64,000 bases of DNA from Squalus acanthias (GCA_030390025.1 CM059432.1:91762001-91826000); one strand, 5' to 3'. Numbered from the stretch's first letter, positions 26,605-38,373 are shown. Notes: a model not told the origin generated them from the letters alone. Translations and numbers: made by a program.

Positions 26605-26875
26605 GTAGATGAATCAAACGCATGTGGCTGGCACCTTCTTACCACACCATAGACAATGGACAAGAACCTGTGGCTTCCTATCACTCTGACCACCATCATG
26701 ACAAATGCAAGTCACCCTGAGCCCTCAATGTGGAACTTACATTTCCGAAATCACATAGGTCAGAACTTCAACAGTTTGCCATCACTTCTGTTTAATGCAT
26801 TCACAAAAGGATGGCAGTTTCAAAAAGTTAATACAACAGAACATCCAAGTGACTACCCCTGTGACTAATTGTGCT

Positions 26876-28850
26876 TTATCTTCCTCTTATGCGTGCTTCT
26901 ACGTGGTGCTTCCCCTGTGGCTTCAGCAGATGTGGAGGCACCTTGCTCACTTTCATGCTACTCCTGCTTCGACACCTTTGGTGGGCGTCTCTAGGTTTGC
27001 GAGCCTCTGAGGGCTCGGCAACAGTCTGCTCCTCCTGCGGCTGTGCAGGAGCTGAGATGCCCATCTCAGTTGGGTGAGGACTCTGGTGGGGCTCTGACCG
27101 AGGGCTACTCAGTGGCATGGGAGTGTGGGTGCTTGGAGAGGAGCCCCCACTTCCTTGTTGCCTGCCACCAACATCCCTCTCATGGGTCAGCCCCACTTCA
27201 GTGCTAGCAAGTGGCTGGACAGCACCTTGCTGCACATCAGGGGGGCCATGAGGACCCGTATCTGCAGTGGCAGTCCTCCTCAAAAGAACTTCCATGAAGC
27301 TCTGGTTTCTCTGCTCAATAGCTGTCCATTGCTCCTCCAGAGATGCCAATCTATTCTGAACTTTCACCATGTTTTCCTGACTCTGGCGACTTATTTCCTC
27401 GATGGCCGTAACCATCCTCTCCTCTACCATAGCCATCCTTTCCACAGAGGTAGCCACCCTTTCCACGGAGGTTGCCATCCTTTCCGTGGTGGTGCAATCA
27501 TGCGCCATTGACTCCACAAAGGCAGTGCTCATGTTAGAGATGGACTCCTCCATCTTCTCCACACTCGCAGTAACCCTGGAGACAAAACCTGCCAGAGACT
27601 CCTGCATTTGTTCCTGGAGTTCCAGCTTCGCTCTCTTTCATATGGACCCGGAGGCACAGGGTCCACATGCAGCTGAGCTGAGCTGGGAGTGCCCTGTGGC
27701 CTCCAACGAGGACTCTCCACTGCTGTCCCTGTCTCCACCATCTGCTGATGCTCACTTGTGAGCTGTGATACACCAGGTGACAATACTACGCTATCTCCCG
27801 AAGGTCCCACTGAGGTGTGCGTTTCTGCGCTGGTGCTGGGTGCGCTTAATTCTGCTGACGCTGCGCCCTCAGAGGTTGCAGGTTCCGCTGAAGAGTCTTC
27901 TGGCTCCGCTTCTTCCTCCTGGACAGTGGGGAGGGGGGCTGTCGATGGTCCTGTGGGGGAGTAAAGGCATGAGTTAGACATGTGATATAAACGTAGCATG
28001 CACATGGAATTGTGCAGATGATCATAAGTCAATCTGTATGAGCATCAGAAGCCATATCAGTCACTCATGCAATGTAAATGAGAAAGCTACAAAACTATTC
28101 TGTCACCAGCTTGCTCTGATGCGCCCGTCTGCCCGTCTCCCACTTCCAGATCCTCCTCGGCTCCAACGATCTCTAGGGCCGCCTCCTCAGCGCTGGTGAG
28201 ATGGGCTATTGAGGGTGGCCCTCCTCCTGTCTTCGCCCTTTCCCTCTTATTGTGGGCTCTCTTTTCCTGCAATGAGAGACACAAGTGGAGTTTGAGTGAG
28301 AATGATGGAGTGAGTGTAGAGAATCCATAGCATAGATGCTTAGAAGGAGACAAAGATGGAGTGAGGTCCCAATAGCAAGGGCCCTCCCTGTGTGTTGTTA
28401 GTTGTTGTCATTGCATAACAGTGATAGGGAGTGTGAGGGCAGCATAGTCGAACAGTGAAGTGATTGTGTATATAGAGAGAGAGGGATGGTTAAGGGTGCA
28501 AGGGATGTAAGGGTAAAGTGGGATGTGTAGGAGTAGGTTGACAATGCAGAGTGCTGGTGCTGAGAGGAGATGGGGAGCAGAATGAGGGTAAAGTTGATGG
28601 TATACTCACTTTTCCTGTGCGGACAAGATCATTGAACCTCTTTCGGCACTGCAGCCAGGTTCTGCTGCACATCAATCTGGAGCTTACCTCCTGTGCCAGT
28701 TGCAGCCACACAGCTTTAGTCTGCTGGGGTTTTTTTTCCTCCCAGAGGAAGGAAAGAGCACCTCCTTTTGAGCTCTGGCTCCCTCCACCAGAGCATGGAG
28801 GGAGTCATCATCGAAGCGAGGTGAGGCCTTGGACCTTGAGCTAGGAGTAG
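26876..28850 (-). pseudogene. Harbinger Myb/SANT-like DNA-binding protein gene, 3 exons (about 28850-28610, 28266-28107, 27950-26876), frameshifted
   Basis: PRFDDDSL..W..LAQEV..RTWLQCRKRFNDL then GTGAGT; TTGCAG then EKRAHNKRERAKTGGG; CCACAG then acidic exon with ERMATSV heptads. Confidence 0.88.
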
Positions 28851-30584
28851 CAAACACTTAGCACAGTAGTCACTCTGGAAGTACAGAGGGAGAAAATGAA
28901 CCAAGGCTGCTTGGAGCCCTTAAAATACAGCTGGATAAATGACGTCAGCAGAGGCAGGTTTCAGACCCAAAAGACTAATTGGGCCAGGGGAGCGCACATG
29001 CAGGGAGTCAATTGCCCAGTTAGGGCAAAATCACAAATTTATCCCGCCTGACAGCGGAGGCGGGAGCTGGACCCGCCGACCACCTGACTCGCACCCAACC
29101 CGCCACCAATGGCAAAATCGAGCCAAAGAGTCTGCAAAGGGATATAGATAGACTAAGTGAGTGGGCAGTAAGGTGGCAGATGGAGTATACTGTAAGGAAA
29201 TGTGAGGTTATTCACTTTGGTCGGAAGAATAGAAAAACAGAATAATTTTTCAATGGTGAGAAATTTTCAAATGTTGGTGTTCAGAGAGATTTGAGTGTCC
29301 TTGTGCAAGAAACACAGAAAGCTAGCATGCAGGTACAGCAAGCAATAAGGAAGGCAAATGGCATGTTGGCCTTTATTGCAAGGAGGTTGGAGTATAAGAG
29401 TAAGGAAGTCTTGCTACAATTGTACAGGGCCTTGGTGAGACCACACCTGGAGTATTGTGCACAGTTTTGGTCTCCTTATCTAAGGAAGGATATACTTGCC
29501 TTGGAGGCGGTGCAACGAAGGTTCACTAGATTGATTCCTGGGATGAAAGGGCTGATCTATGATGAGAGGTTGTGTAGAATGGGCCTGTACTCTCTGGAGT
29601 TTAGAAGAACGAGAGGTGATCTCATTGAAACATACAAGATTCTGAAGGGGATTGACAGGGTAGATGCTGAGAGATTGTTTCCCCTGGCTGGAGTGTCTAG
29701 AACTAGGGAGCATAGTCTCAGGATAAGGGGTAGGCCATTCAAGACTGAGATGAGGAGGAATTTCTTCACTCAGAGGGTTGTTAATCTTTGGAATTCTCTG
29801 CCCCAGAGGGCTGTGCATGCTGAGTCTTTGAGTATATTCAAGGCTGAGATGGATAGATTTTTGGACTCTAGGGGAATCGAGGGATATGGAGATCGGGCAG
29901 GAAAGTGGAGTTGAGGTCGATGATCAGCCATGATCTTATTGAATGGCGGAGCAGGCTAGAGTATGGCCTACTCCTGCTCTTACTTCTTATGTTCTTATGT
30001 TAACAGGTACCTCTGCATGGTTTAAACAAATTTGGAGTTACTCCACCCCAAATGTGTAACATCAGTCACACATGGGATCATTCCCCAATTTATCTAAATC
30101 GGCCTGCAGCCTATTAATTTGGTCTAAATTTCTTACCCCTGTGCACATTCATTTGTCTTCTGTGAATTAGAAATGGTTCCATTATATGAACATGCAAACA
30201 TACAAAAATGAAGGACAGCAAAAGACCAGCTGGGCTATCTAGCCTATTCAATACAGTTGTGATGCCTTATGCATCATGTCAAGAGACTCATTACCCCCTA
30301 GGTGTCATGTAGTGTCCTGGGAGAGGTGAAAAACCAAATCAAAAACCCTTGGCCAATTAGGGGAACAGAAATCTGGAAAATTCCTCTCTAATCTGTTAGT
30401 AAGTGTGCTTTTTATATTATATGCAGGCCTGCCTAGGATAGAGGCTATTAGATTCTGAATTAAAATATCATGTAAACCACTGAACTTTTGAATTGAAGCT
30501 GACCCTTATAGCACCAACAATTTAATTATCCTTTTTGGTCATAACAATCCTCTGGTAAACATACAAGGGGTTTGGAAACATCTA

Positions 30585-31289
30585 GGGGGAGAAATTGAGT
30601 CGCACCCCCTTCGCCTCAGCGCCCCGGAAAAATTAGCGCTCCCACGGCCGAAATTGAGTGGTAGCGCCCCAAGAGGGAAGCGGGGCGCTACTGGAAGCGC
30701 CCCGCCTCCCTCTTGGGGCGCTGCGAGGGAATATCGCGGTGCTATGTGCCACAGCGCCATGAGCTGTGGCACGTCGCGCCGCGGTATTGCAGGCCTTCCT
30801 CCCCTTCTTAAAGGGGAGGGGCCTTGCGCAGCGTAACCCGGGGCCCAGCTGGGCCACCGGGGATCGGAATGCCGGCAAAAGAGCCCGGCACTCGAGAAGT
30901 GCCAGGCTCATGGATCGCAGCCGGCACTCCGCGGGGGGGGCGGGTCAAGAGGCCGGGGACGACAGCGGAGGCAGGTGCTGGCAGGCAGCCAGTAACAAAA
31001 ATGGCCGCCCGGCACCTCGCCTTTAAATAGCGCCGCCCCGGCCACAGGTAGGCCTCCCTGACCCCGTCGGACATAGTGTCCGGCGGTAAGTCAAGGGGCG
31101 CTACCGAAGTTCGCGGCCGGGGCGCAAGCGGGGCGCTGCGCACGGCTATGATGTCATCGCCGGCGGCGCAGCGCTGCGGGGCGCTAATGGTTAGCACCGC
31201 CGCTAACCTCCCGCTGAAATTTGCGGGAGGTGTTGGCGGGGCCTCTTAGGGCGCTAACGGGAGGCGCAAAGCAACCGAATTTTTCCCCC
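30585..31289. mobile_element. GC-rich Harbinger MITE
   Basis: TIRs GGGGGAGAAATTGAGTCGC / GCAACCGAATTTTTCCCCC; TSD CTA; many GGGGCGCT(A) motifs in both orientations. Confidence 0.9.
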
Positions 31290-31925
31290 CTAAACCCTAA
31301 GTGCTGTGAGACAGTGTGGCTGCTCCCAATCCTGTCAATTCTCCCAGCTTCACAGGGATATAGTGTAGTGGTCTACACCTTTTGATAGCTTGGTGATATC
31401 ATGTCAAGGAGCAGTGACAGACTGGCATTACCTTCACAGGAAGAAAGGCTTTGTGTAAACCATATAGTTTAGCTGTTAGATTTAGGAGTTTATAGTTTCA
31501 ATTAGTTCCTGAAACCCAGCATTTATTCGTGGGATGAGGATATACTGCAGAATTGTTAGCTACAAAAACAAATCTACAAGGCCACATCTGTGAAAGGAAA
31601 ACATTCATTGACAAGAGGACGACACTCCTTCAGTTAGATAGAAGGTCTTTGTCATCCCATTAATTTTATCTTGTGAGATTGTTTGTTCTCTAACTTTCCT
31701 CTGTTATAATGATTTTACTGGCAGATGTGGCAAGATTCACGTAGGCTGTAATTTCAAGCCTTAACTAGAGGGGCAGTTCGCAGCCTAGTTGAGTGTGAGC
31801 CCCCAAGATAAGGAAGCTGACAGCTACAGGCAGGGTGGAACAACTTCTGGTGCCTCCCAAATTTGGTAACGATCAATCTGTTCAGTTTGCAGAAACAGCT
31901 TGTTAGAGGAAGAACTTTACATATT

Positions 31926-32852
31926 GGCCCGGATTTTATGGGGCCTATGATGGCGAATGCCGTCGTAAGTGCCCTGCAAGTTCTGGGTTTCTTCTTGACA
32001 GATCGTACCCATCTGCCGGAAATTCACTTTCGCTCGCGCAGATTTGGGCTATTTGCCCAACTACTGCCCAGTGAATACCCACCAAACCCTTACACCTGGT
32101 AAAAGCAGGTGACATGAATCTTGTCATTCATGTGGAAATGACTTATGAAATAATACTGGGCAGCCTGCTGGTGGCGCTGTCCAGGAAGAGTATAAATACT
32201 CGGGCACGGGCCCAGCTTGCGCGGGACATTCTTAACAGGAACAAGTGAAGGACACAACTAGACCTCCATGTTGTAAAACAGTTGATTAAAGCTTTGTTTA
32301 ACGCTTAGGCCAAGTGCCTAGTAGTTTTCTTACGTCAGCAGGTATAAGGACTTCTTTTACCAGTGTAAGGCTTTAAATAAATGTTAAAATAAATTTTAAA
32401 AACGATTTAAACATTCACTTAAATTTAAAATTAGTTTAGGTCAATTTTGTGCCAGTTAAAAATGTTTAAATTTATTTTTCAAAAAATTTAATTTTTATTT
32501 TAAATGTTTAATTAAATGCTATTTTAATTAATTTTGAACCTGTGATCATTTATTTTTATTTCAGTGTTGTGAAATTGTATTTTTTTAGGTAATTCCTATT
32601 ATGCTTATGGGGATTCCGAACGTAAATGGTATCCCCATAAGCAAAATGGGAATCCCCCTTTGTGATTGGTTGTCCCACATGATCCCAGGGAACTTGCGAA
32701 CCGCATGCACCCCGGGATGCGTGGGCCTTTACACAAGCGTACGCCTGCAGGCCCAGGAGTCCGAAGCTCTGGAGGCAGCAGGTAAGTACGGACTTTTCTT
32801 ACGGTTTGGAGGCATACGTGGGCGGCAAGCCTCCGACTGCAATTTCCAGGCC
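31926..32852. mobile_element. Harbinger-type MITE carrying a nested solo LTR
   Basis: Ends GGCCCGGATTTT / AATTTCCAGGCC; TSD ATT (31923-25, 32853-55). Confidence 0.85.
32110..32337 (+). mobile_element. Short solo LTR (228 bp)
   Basis: TGAC...GTCA inverted ends; perfect 5-bp TSD GCAGG; TATAAA at about 32191; ATTAAA at about 32285. Absent from the sister MITE at about 6335. Confidence 0.88.
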
Positions 32853-33059
32853 ATTGTATCATTATATGAATTTTAGATTAAGTCTCTAATAATTTTTGTA
32901 GAATCTCTTATATAATAAATCCATTGTACTTTTTTTTGCATAGGAATCATATTACTGTGGAATCTACATTTTAAAAATAAAGTCTGACCTCAAGGGGACT
33001 AACGTGTGTGGAGTGGTTCATTAAATGTCTCGAACCAAAAACAGAAATAAGCAGCCAGT

Positions 33060-34290
33060 GCACCAGATCCCTCTAGGCTGTCAAAACTAGTCCATGACTT
33101 ACGTTATTTGGTACCTACCTCTTTTATGATGCGATCTCTGCCCCGGCCAGGAACTGATCCAACTTTCTCTTGAAGGTATACAGTGAATCAGCACTCACGG
33201 CACAAGCCTGCAACTTGTTCCATAGATCTACTATTGTTTGGGGGGGAAAAGAACTGCCTAACATCTAATCTAGTTCTTCCCTTGTGCAATTTACACACAT
33301 GACCCCCCCTGGTCCTCCCCAACCTATCTAATTGAAGTACTTTGTCAGCATGCACACAATCAAGTCTTTTCATTATATTATATACCTCAATCAAATTGTC
33401 CCAGTCTGTGCTTTTCTAAAGTATATAGACCCAGCTCTTTAAGTCTTTCTGGGTAGTTAAGGTGTTTTAAACTGAGAATTATTCTTGTGGTCCTCCTCTG
33501 AACCTTTCCCAAGTCTCAATACCACTTGCCATGTGAGGGGACCAAAACTGGACACAGTATTCTAAATGATGCCTAACCAAGGTCTTGTACAAGGACAAAC
33601 TGCTGTGTTTTGTTTTGTAATGGATAGTCCTGTGAATTCAATCCAGTACCTTTTGTGCTTTAGGTACAGCTCCACCCCATTGGTTGTGAACCTTTAGAGA
33701 GTTATGAAGTATGATACCAAGATCTTTCTCTTTCACCACAGGCTTCAGTTCTGTTCCTTGTATGCTTAGCGTTGGTCCTACCCACACTGCACTTCTCTAA
33801 GTTAAATACTACTTGCCAAACGGGGGCCCATTCCCCCATCACATCAACGTCTGCTTGCAGTTGTTTTGTCTCATCCACAGTCCTAACAACTGCACAAATC
33901 TTTGTATCATCTGTAAACTTCATTACCTTCATTCAGTTTATTAATGAAAATGATGATCAGCAATGGTCTCAACACAGAGACTTATGATACTCAGCTTGTG
34001 ATCAGGCTCAAATCAATCCATTCCCATTCATGACAACCCACATTGTTTAATTTTTTCCAGTAACTTTCTAGGTTGCGCTTTGAAAATCAAGGTATACCAC
34101 ATCAACAGGACTGCCTTTATCCACTACTCTGGTCAATTAATCAAACAACTCAATCAGGTTAGTGAGACAGGACCTTACATTCCTGAAACCATGCTGGGAA
34201 TCCCTAATGCCCTCTAAATGATGAAAAAAATCACATCCCATATAAGGCCTTCCAGTAACTTACAACCAATGTCAAACTGATGGACCTATA
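33060..34290 (-). mobile_element. Old CR1 LINE fragment
   Basis: KFTDDTKI and MIEVYNIMKRLD..RTRGGH motifs. Confidence 0.85.
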
Positions 34291-35412
34291 ATAAGAACAT
34301 AAGAAATAGGACCAGGAATAGACCACTTGGCCCCTCGATCATGGCTAATCTGGGGCTCAAAGCCACTTCCCTGCCCACTCCCCATAACCCTTCACTCCCT
34401 TATCTTGCAAAAATTTGTCTACCTCCACCGTAAATGTATTTAATGACCCAGCCTCCACAGCTCTCTGGGGCAGAGAATTCCACAAATTTACGACCCTCTG
34501 AGAGAAGAAGTTCCTCCTCATCTCAGTTCTAAAAGGGCGACCCTTTATTCTGAGACTGTGCCCCTGAGTTCTAGATTTCCCCATGAGGGGAAACATCCTC
34601 TCTGCATCTACCCTGTCAAGCCCCCTCAGTATCTTATATGTTTCGATAAGATCACCTCTCATTCTTCTAAGTTCCAATGAGTATAAGCCCAGCCTGCTCA
34701 ACCTTTCCTCATAAGTCAAACCCCTCATCTCTGGAATTAACCTAGTGAATCGTCTCTGATCTGCCTCCAATGCAAGTATATCCTTCCTTAAATAAGGAAA
34801 CCAAAACTGTATGCAGTACTCAAGGTGTGGTCTCACCAATACCTTGTACAGTTGTAGCAGGACTTCCCTGCTTTTATATTCCAACCCCCTTGAAATAAAG
34901 GCTAACATTCCATTTGCCTTTTTGATTACTTGCTGTACCTGCTAACTTTTTGTGTTTCATGCACAAAGACCCCCAGGTCCCTCTGAACTGTAGCATTTTG
35001 TAATCTCTCTCCAATTAAATAATAGTTTGCTTTTTTATTTTTCCTGCCAAAGTGGATAGCCTCGCACTTTCCCACATTATACTCCATCTGCCAAATGTTT
35101 GCCCACTCACCTAGCCTGTCTATATCCCTTTGCAGATTCTTTGAGTCCTCTGCACAACTTGCTTTCCCACCCATCTTTGTATCATCCGCAAACTTGGCTA
35201 CATTACACTTGATCTCTTCATCCAAGTCATTAATGTAGATTGTAAATAGTTTGGGCCCCAGCACCGATCCTTGTGGCACCCCACTAGTTACCGTTTGCCA
35301 ACCAGAAAATGACCCATTTATCCCGACTCTCTGCTTTCTGTTAGTTAGCCAATTCTCTATCCTTGCTAATATATTACCCCCAACTCCGTGAGCTCTTATC
35401 TTATGCAGTAAC
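34291..35412 (-). mobile_element. CR1 LINE, 5'-truncated
   Basis: ORFs 34357-34908 and 34926-35412 ([16 protein letters not shown]); AAGAACAT tail. Confidence 0.95.
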
Positions 35413-35716
35413 CTTGGAAGCCAAACAGACAGGCGCATCCAGTTCTTAAAGGGGAGGAGCCATCTTGATGGCCAGCCACACCCTGCTCCTTGCAGCCTTG
35501 AATCTCGGCCTGGAGAGACCTCTAAAGTAACTGTGTTGGAACCACTAATGGATAGACCCAGGGAAAGAGCTCGGCGCTTCAGAACCTCAAAAGTGGTGCT
35601 GAGGACAAAAACAGCATTAAATCTATCCAAACGTCTCTCTCCCTCTCAACCTGCGTGTACCAAAAATTTTGCCAACAAGAAAAAGCAGGAAGCGCCCGCC
35701 TTTAAATAGCGCTCCC
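35413..35716 (+). mobile_element. Internal fragment of a Harbinger related to the 30585 MITE family
   Basis: Shares CTTAAAGGGGAGG and GCCTTTAAATAGCGC with 30585-31289; MDRPRERARRF (Myb-gene-like start) at 35548. Confidence 0.6.
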
Positions 35717-37375
35717 CCAGCCCCCTCTCCTCTACCGTAGCCATCCTTTCCACGGAGGTTGCCATCCTTTCTGTGGTGATGCGTTCATGCGCCAATGCCT
35801 CCACAAAGGCCCTGCTCATGTTCGCGATGGACTCCTCCATTCGCTCCACACTCGCAGCGACCCTGGAGACAAAACCTGCTGGAGACAAAACCTGCCAGAG
35901 ACTCCTGCACCTGTTCCTTGAGTTCCAGCACCGCTCTCCTTCTGGATGGACCCGGAGGCACAGGGTCGACATGCAGCTGAGCCGAGCTGGGAGAGTCCTG
36001 TGCCCTCCGACGAGGACTCTCCACTGCTGTCCCTGTCTCCACCATCTGCTGATGCTCACTTGTGAGCTGTGATACACCAGGTGCCAGCACTACTCTATCT
36101 CACGAAGGTTCCACCGAGGTGTGAGTGTCTGTGCTGGTGCTGGTGCTGGGTGCCCTGAATTCTGCTGACGCTGCGCCTTCAGAGGTTGCAGCTTCCTCTG
36201 AGGAGTCTTGAGGCTCAGGCTGGACAGTGGGGACGAGGGCTGTCGATGGTCCTGTGGGGGAGTAAAGGAAAGAGTTAGAGATGTGAGGTAAAGGTTGCAT
36301 GCACATTGAATTGTGCAGATGATCATAAGTCAATCTGTTAGAGCATCAGAATTATTATCAGTGACTCATGCAATGTCAATGAGAGAGATGCCAAACTATT
36401 ATGTCACCAGCTTGCTGTGATGCGCCCGTCTGTCCGTCCCCCACTTGTGAATCTTCCTCAACACCGGCGATTTCCAGGGCCGCCTCCTCTGAGGTGGTGA
36501 GCTGGGCTACTGAGGGTGGCCCTCCTCCTGTCCTCGCTCTTTCCCTCTTATTGTGGGCTCTCTTTTCCTGCAATGAGGGACACAAGTGGAGTTTGAGAGA
36601 GAATGAAGGAGTGAGTGTAGAGAATCCATAGCATAGATGCTTAGAAGGAGACAAAGAGCCCTCCCTGTGTGTTGTAAGTTGTTTTCATTGCATCACAGTG
36701 ATAGGGAGTGTGAGGTCGAATAGTTAAGTGAATGTGACCATAGAGAGAGAGGGAATGGGTAAGGGTGCAGGGATGTCAGTGTCAAGTGGGATGTGGAGGA
36801 AGAGGTTGGCAAAGCAGAGTGCTGGTGAGGAGAGGCGATGGGAAAGTCATACTCACTTTTCCTCTGCAGAGAAGGTCATGAAACCTCTTCCTGCACTGCA
36901 GCCAGGTTCTGCGGCACATAGAGATTGAGTTGACCTCCTGGGCCACTTGCATCCACACAGCTTTAGTCTGCTGGGGAGGCTTTTTCCTCCCTGAGGAAAG
37001 GAAGTGCACCTCCTTATTTGATCTTGCTCCCTCCACCAGAGCTTGGAGGGAGGCCTCATCGAACCTTGGAGCATACTTTGGCCTACTGCTGGACATAGTT
37101 GCTGAATGAAGCGATCACAACAATGGGCATAAAGTTTAAAGTCTCCAGAAGAAGCAAGGCTGCTTGCAGGCCTTAAACCAGCAGCACTGATGACTTCATC
37201 GGAGGCGACTTTCTGTATGAAAAGACTCATTGGGCCAGGGGTTTCCACACGCTGGAAATCAAGTGCCCAATTAGGGCAAAATTGCACTTTTTTCCCACTT
37301 CACATCGGAGTCAGGGTCGTGACACGAAAACCATCTGACACACCCCAGCCCGCCCCCAATGGCAAAATCAAGCCC
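35717..37375 (-). mobile_element. Truncated Harbinger: Myb/SANT gene (exons 37096-36857, 36567-36408, 36251-35717) plus one TIR
   Basis: Close paralog of 27420-29124. Exon 1 is open from ATG (MSSSRPKYAPRF...RTWLQCRKRFHDL). Ends GGCAAAATCAAGCCC. Confidence 0.9.
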
Positions 37376-37416
37376 GTTGTTTCCCCTGGCTGGAGAGCCT
37401 AGAATTAGGAGGCATA

Positions 37417-38235
37417 GGGCTGGATTTTCCAAGCCCCGAGGAGGCGGGCATGGAGGCGGGACAGCCGGTAAAATCGGAGAGAGTGGGGGCGGATGGCAAA
37501 CCCGCCCCCATCCCGCCTCCGTGCCCTTTTGCCAGGAGGCGGGAAGATGTGCAGCTTCGAGTCCCGTCTCCTGGAGGCGGGAAAGGCATTTAATCCTTTT
37601 AACTGCCTGTTAACAGGTAGTTAACAGGCAGAAAAAAGGATTAGTGCCATTTTACCTTCACAGGTGAAGGCTTCCCGACCTCGGAGAACCGCGTTGGGTT
37701 GGAGGAGACATGGAGGAGGTCTGCGGCGGTCGGAGGCACCTGGAAGTAAGGTGTAGAGGTGAGTGATGGGTGGAAGTGTGGAGTGGTAAGTATGCAAGGT
37801 GAGTGATAAGTTTTAAAAAGTGTTCACTTACCTTGTTTTCTTCCTACAGCCTTCAGCCGCGGTGGATCGGGAGAGCCGACATCATCCTTGTCAATTTCAC
37901 AGACTGGCTGTTGGAACCTCCGTACCAACAGCCATAGGAAATTTACAAATTTGAAAGGTTTGATAAGTCCTGAACACAAGGACTCATCAAACTAAAGAGA
38001 ATGTCAGTGTTTGACAGCTTCACAGAGCTGTCAAATGCTGACATTTCTTCTTTGACATTGACGTGCTCTGTCAGTGACTTCCTCCCTAATTGGCCTGCTG
38101 AGCCCACAGGGCAGGCTTAACAAGCTAATTCAGGGGAAAATCCCTCTGGTTGGTCAGGCGAGGACGGAGGCGGGACATTGACATGACAAGCAGCAGTCCC
38201 GCCTCCAACTCGCCTCCATTCACAAAATCCAGCCC
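37417..38235. mobile_element. Harbinger MITE inserted in a CR1 3' region
   Basis: TIRs GGGCTGGATTTT / AAAATCCAGCCC; flanks ATA/AAA; removing it restores CR1 GGCATAGTCTCAGGATAAGG. Confidence 0.88.
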
Positions 38236-38373
38236 AAAGTCTCAGGATAAGGTGTCGGCCATTTAGGATGAGAAGAATTTTTTTCACTCAGAGGGTTGTG
38301 AATCTTTGGAATTTTCTCCCCAAAGGGCTGTGGATGCTCAGTTGTTGAGTATATTCAAGGCGGAGATCAATAG

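Larger units (their letters stand above)
24848..29124. mobile_element. PIF/Harbinger DNA transposon, structurally complete (4.28 kb), with convergent transposase and Myb/SANT genes
   Basis: TIRs GGGCTCGATTTT / AAAATCGAGCC; AAA duplicated on both flanks; two convergent ORF sets typical of Harbinger. Confidence 0.95.
24760..30000 (+). mobile_element. CR1 LINE split by the Harbinger insertion (pieces 24760-24847 and 29125-30000)
   Basis: [17 protein letters not shown] continues after the transposon as SLQRDIDRL; ORF 29291-29914; (TTCTTATG)n tail. Confidence 0.93.
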
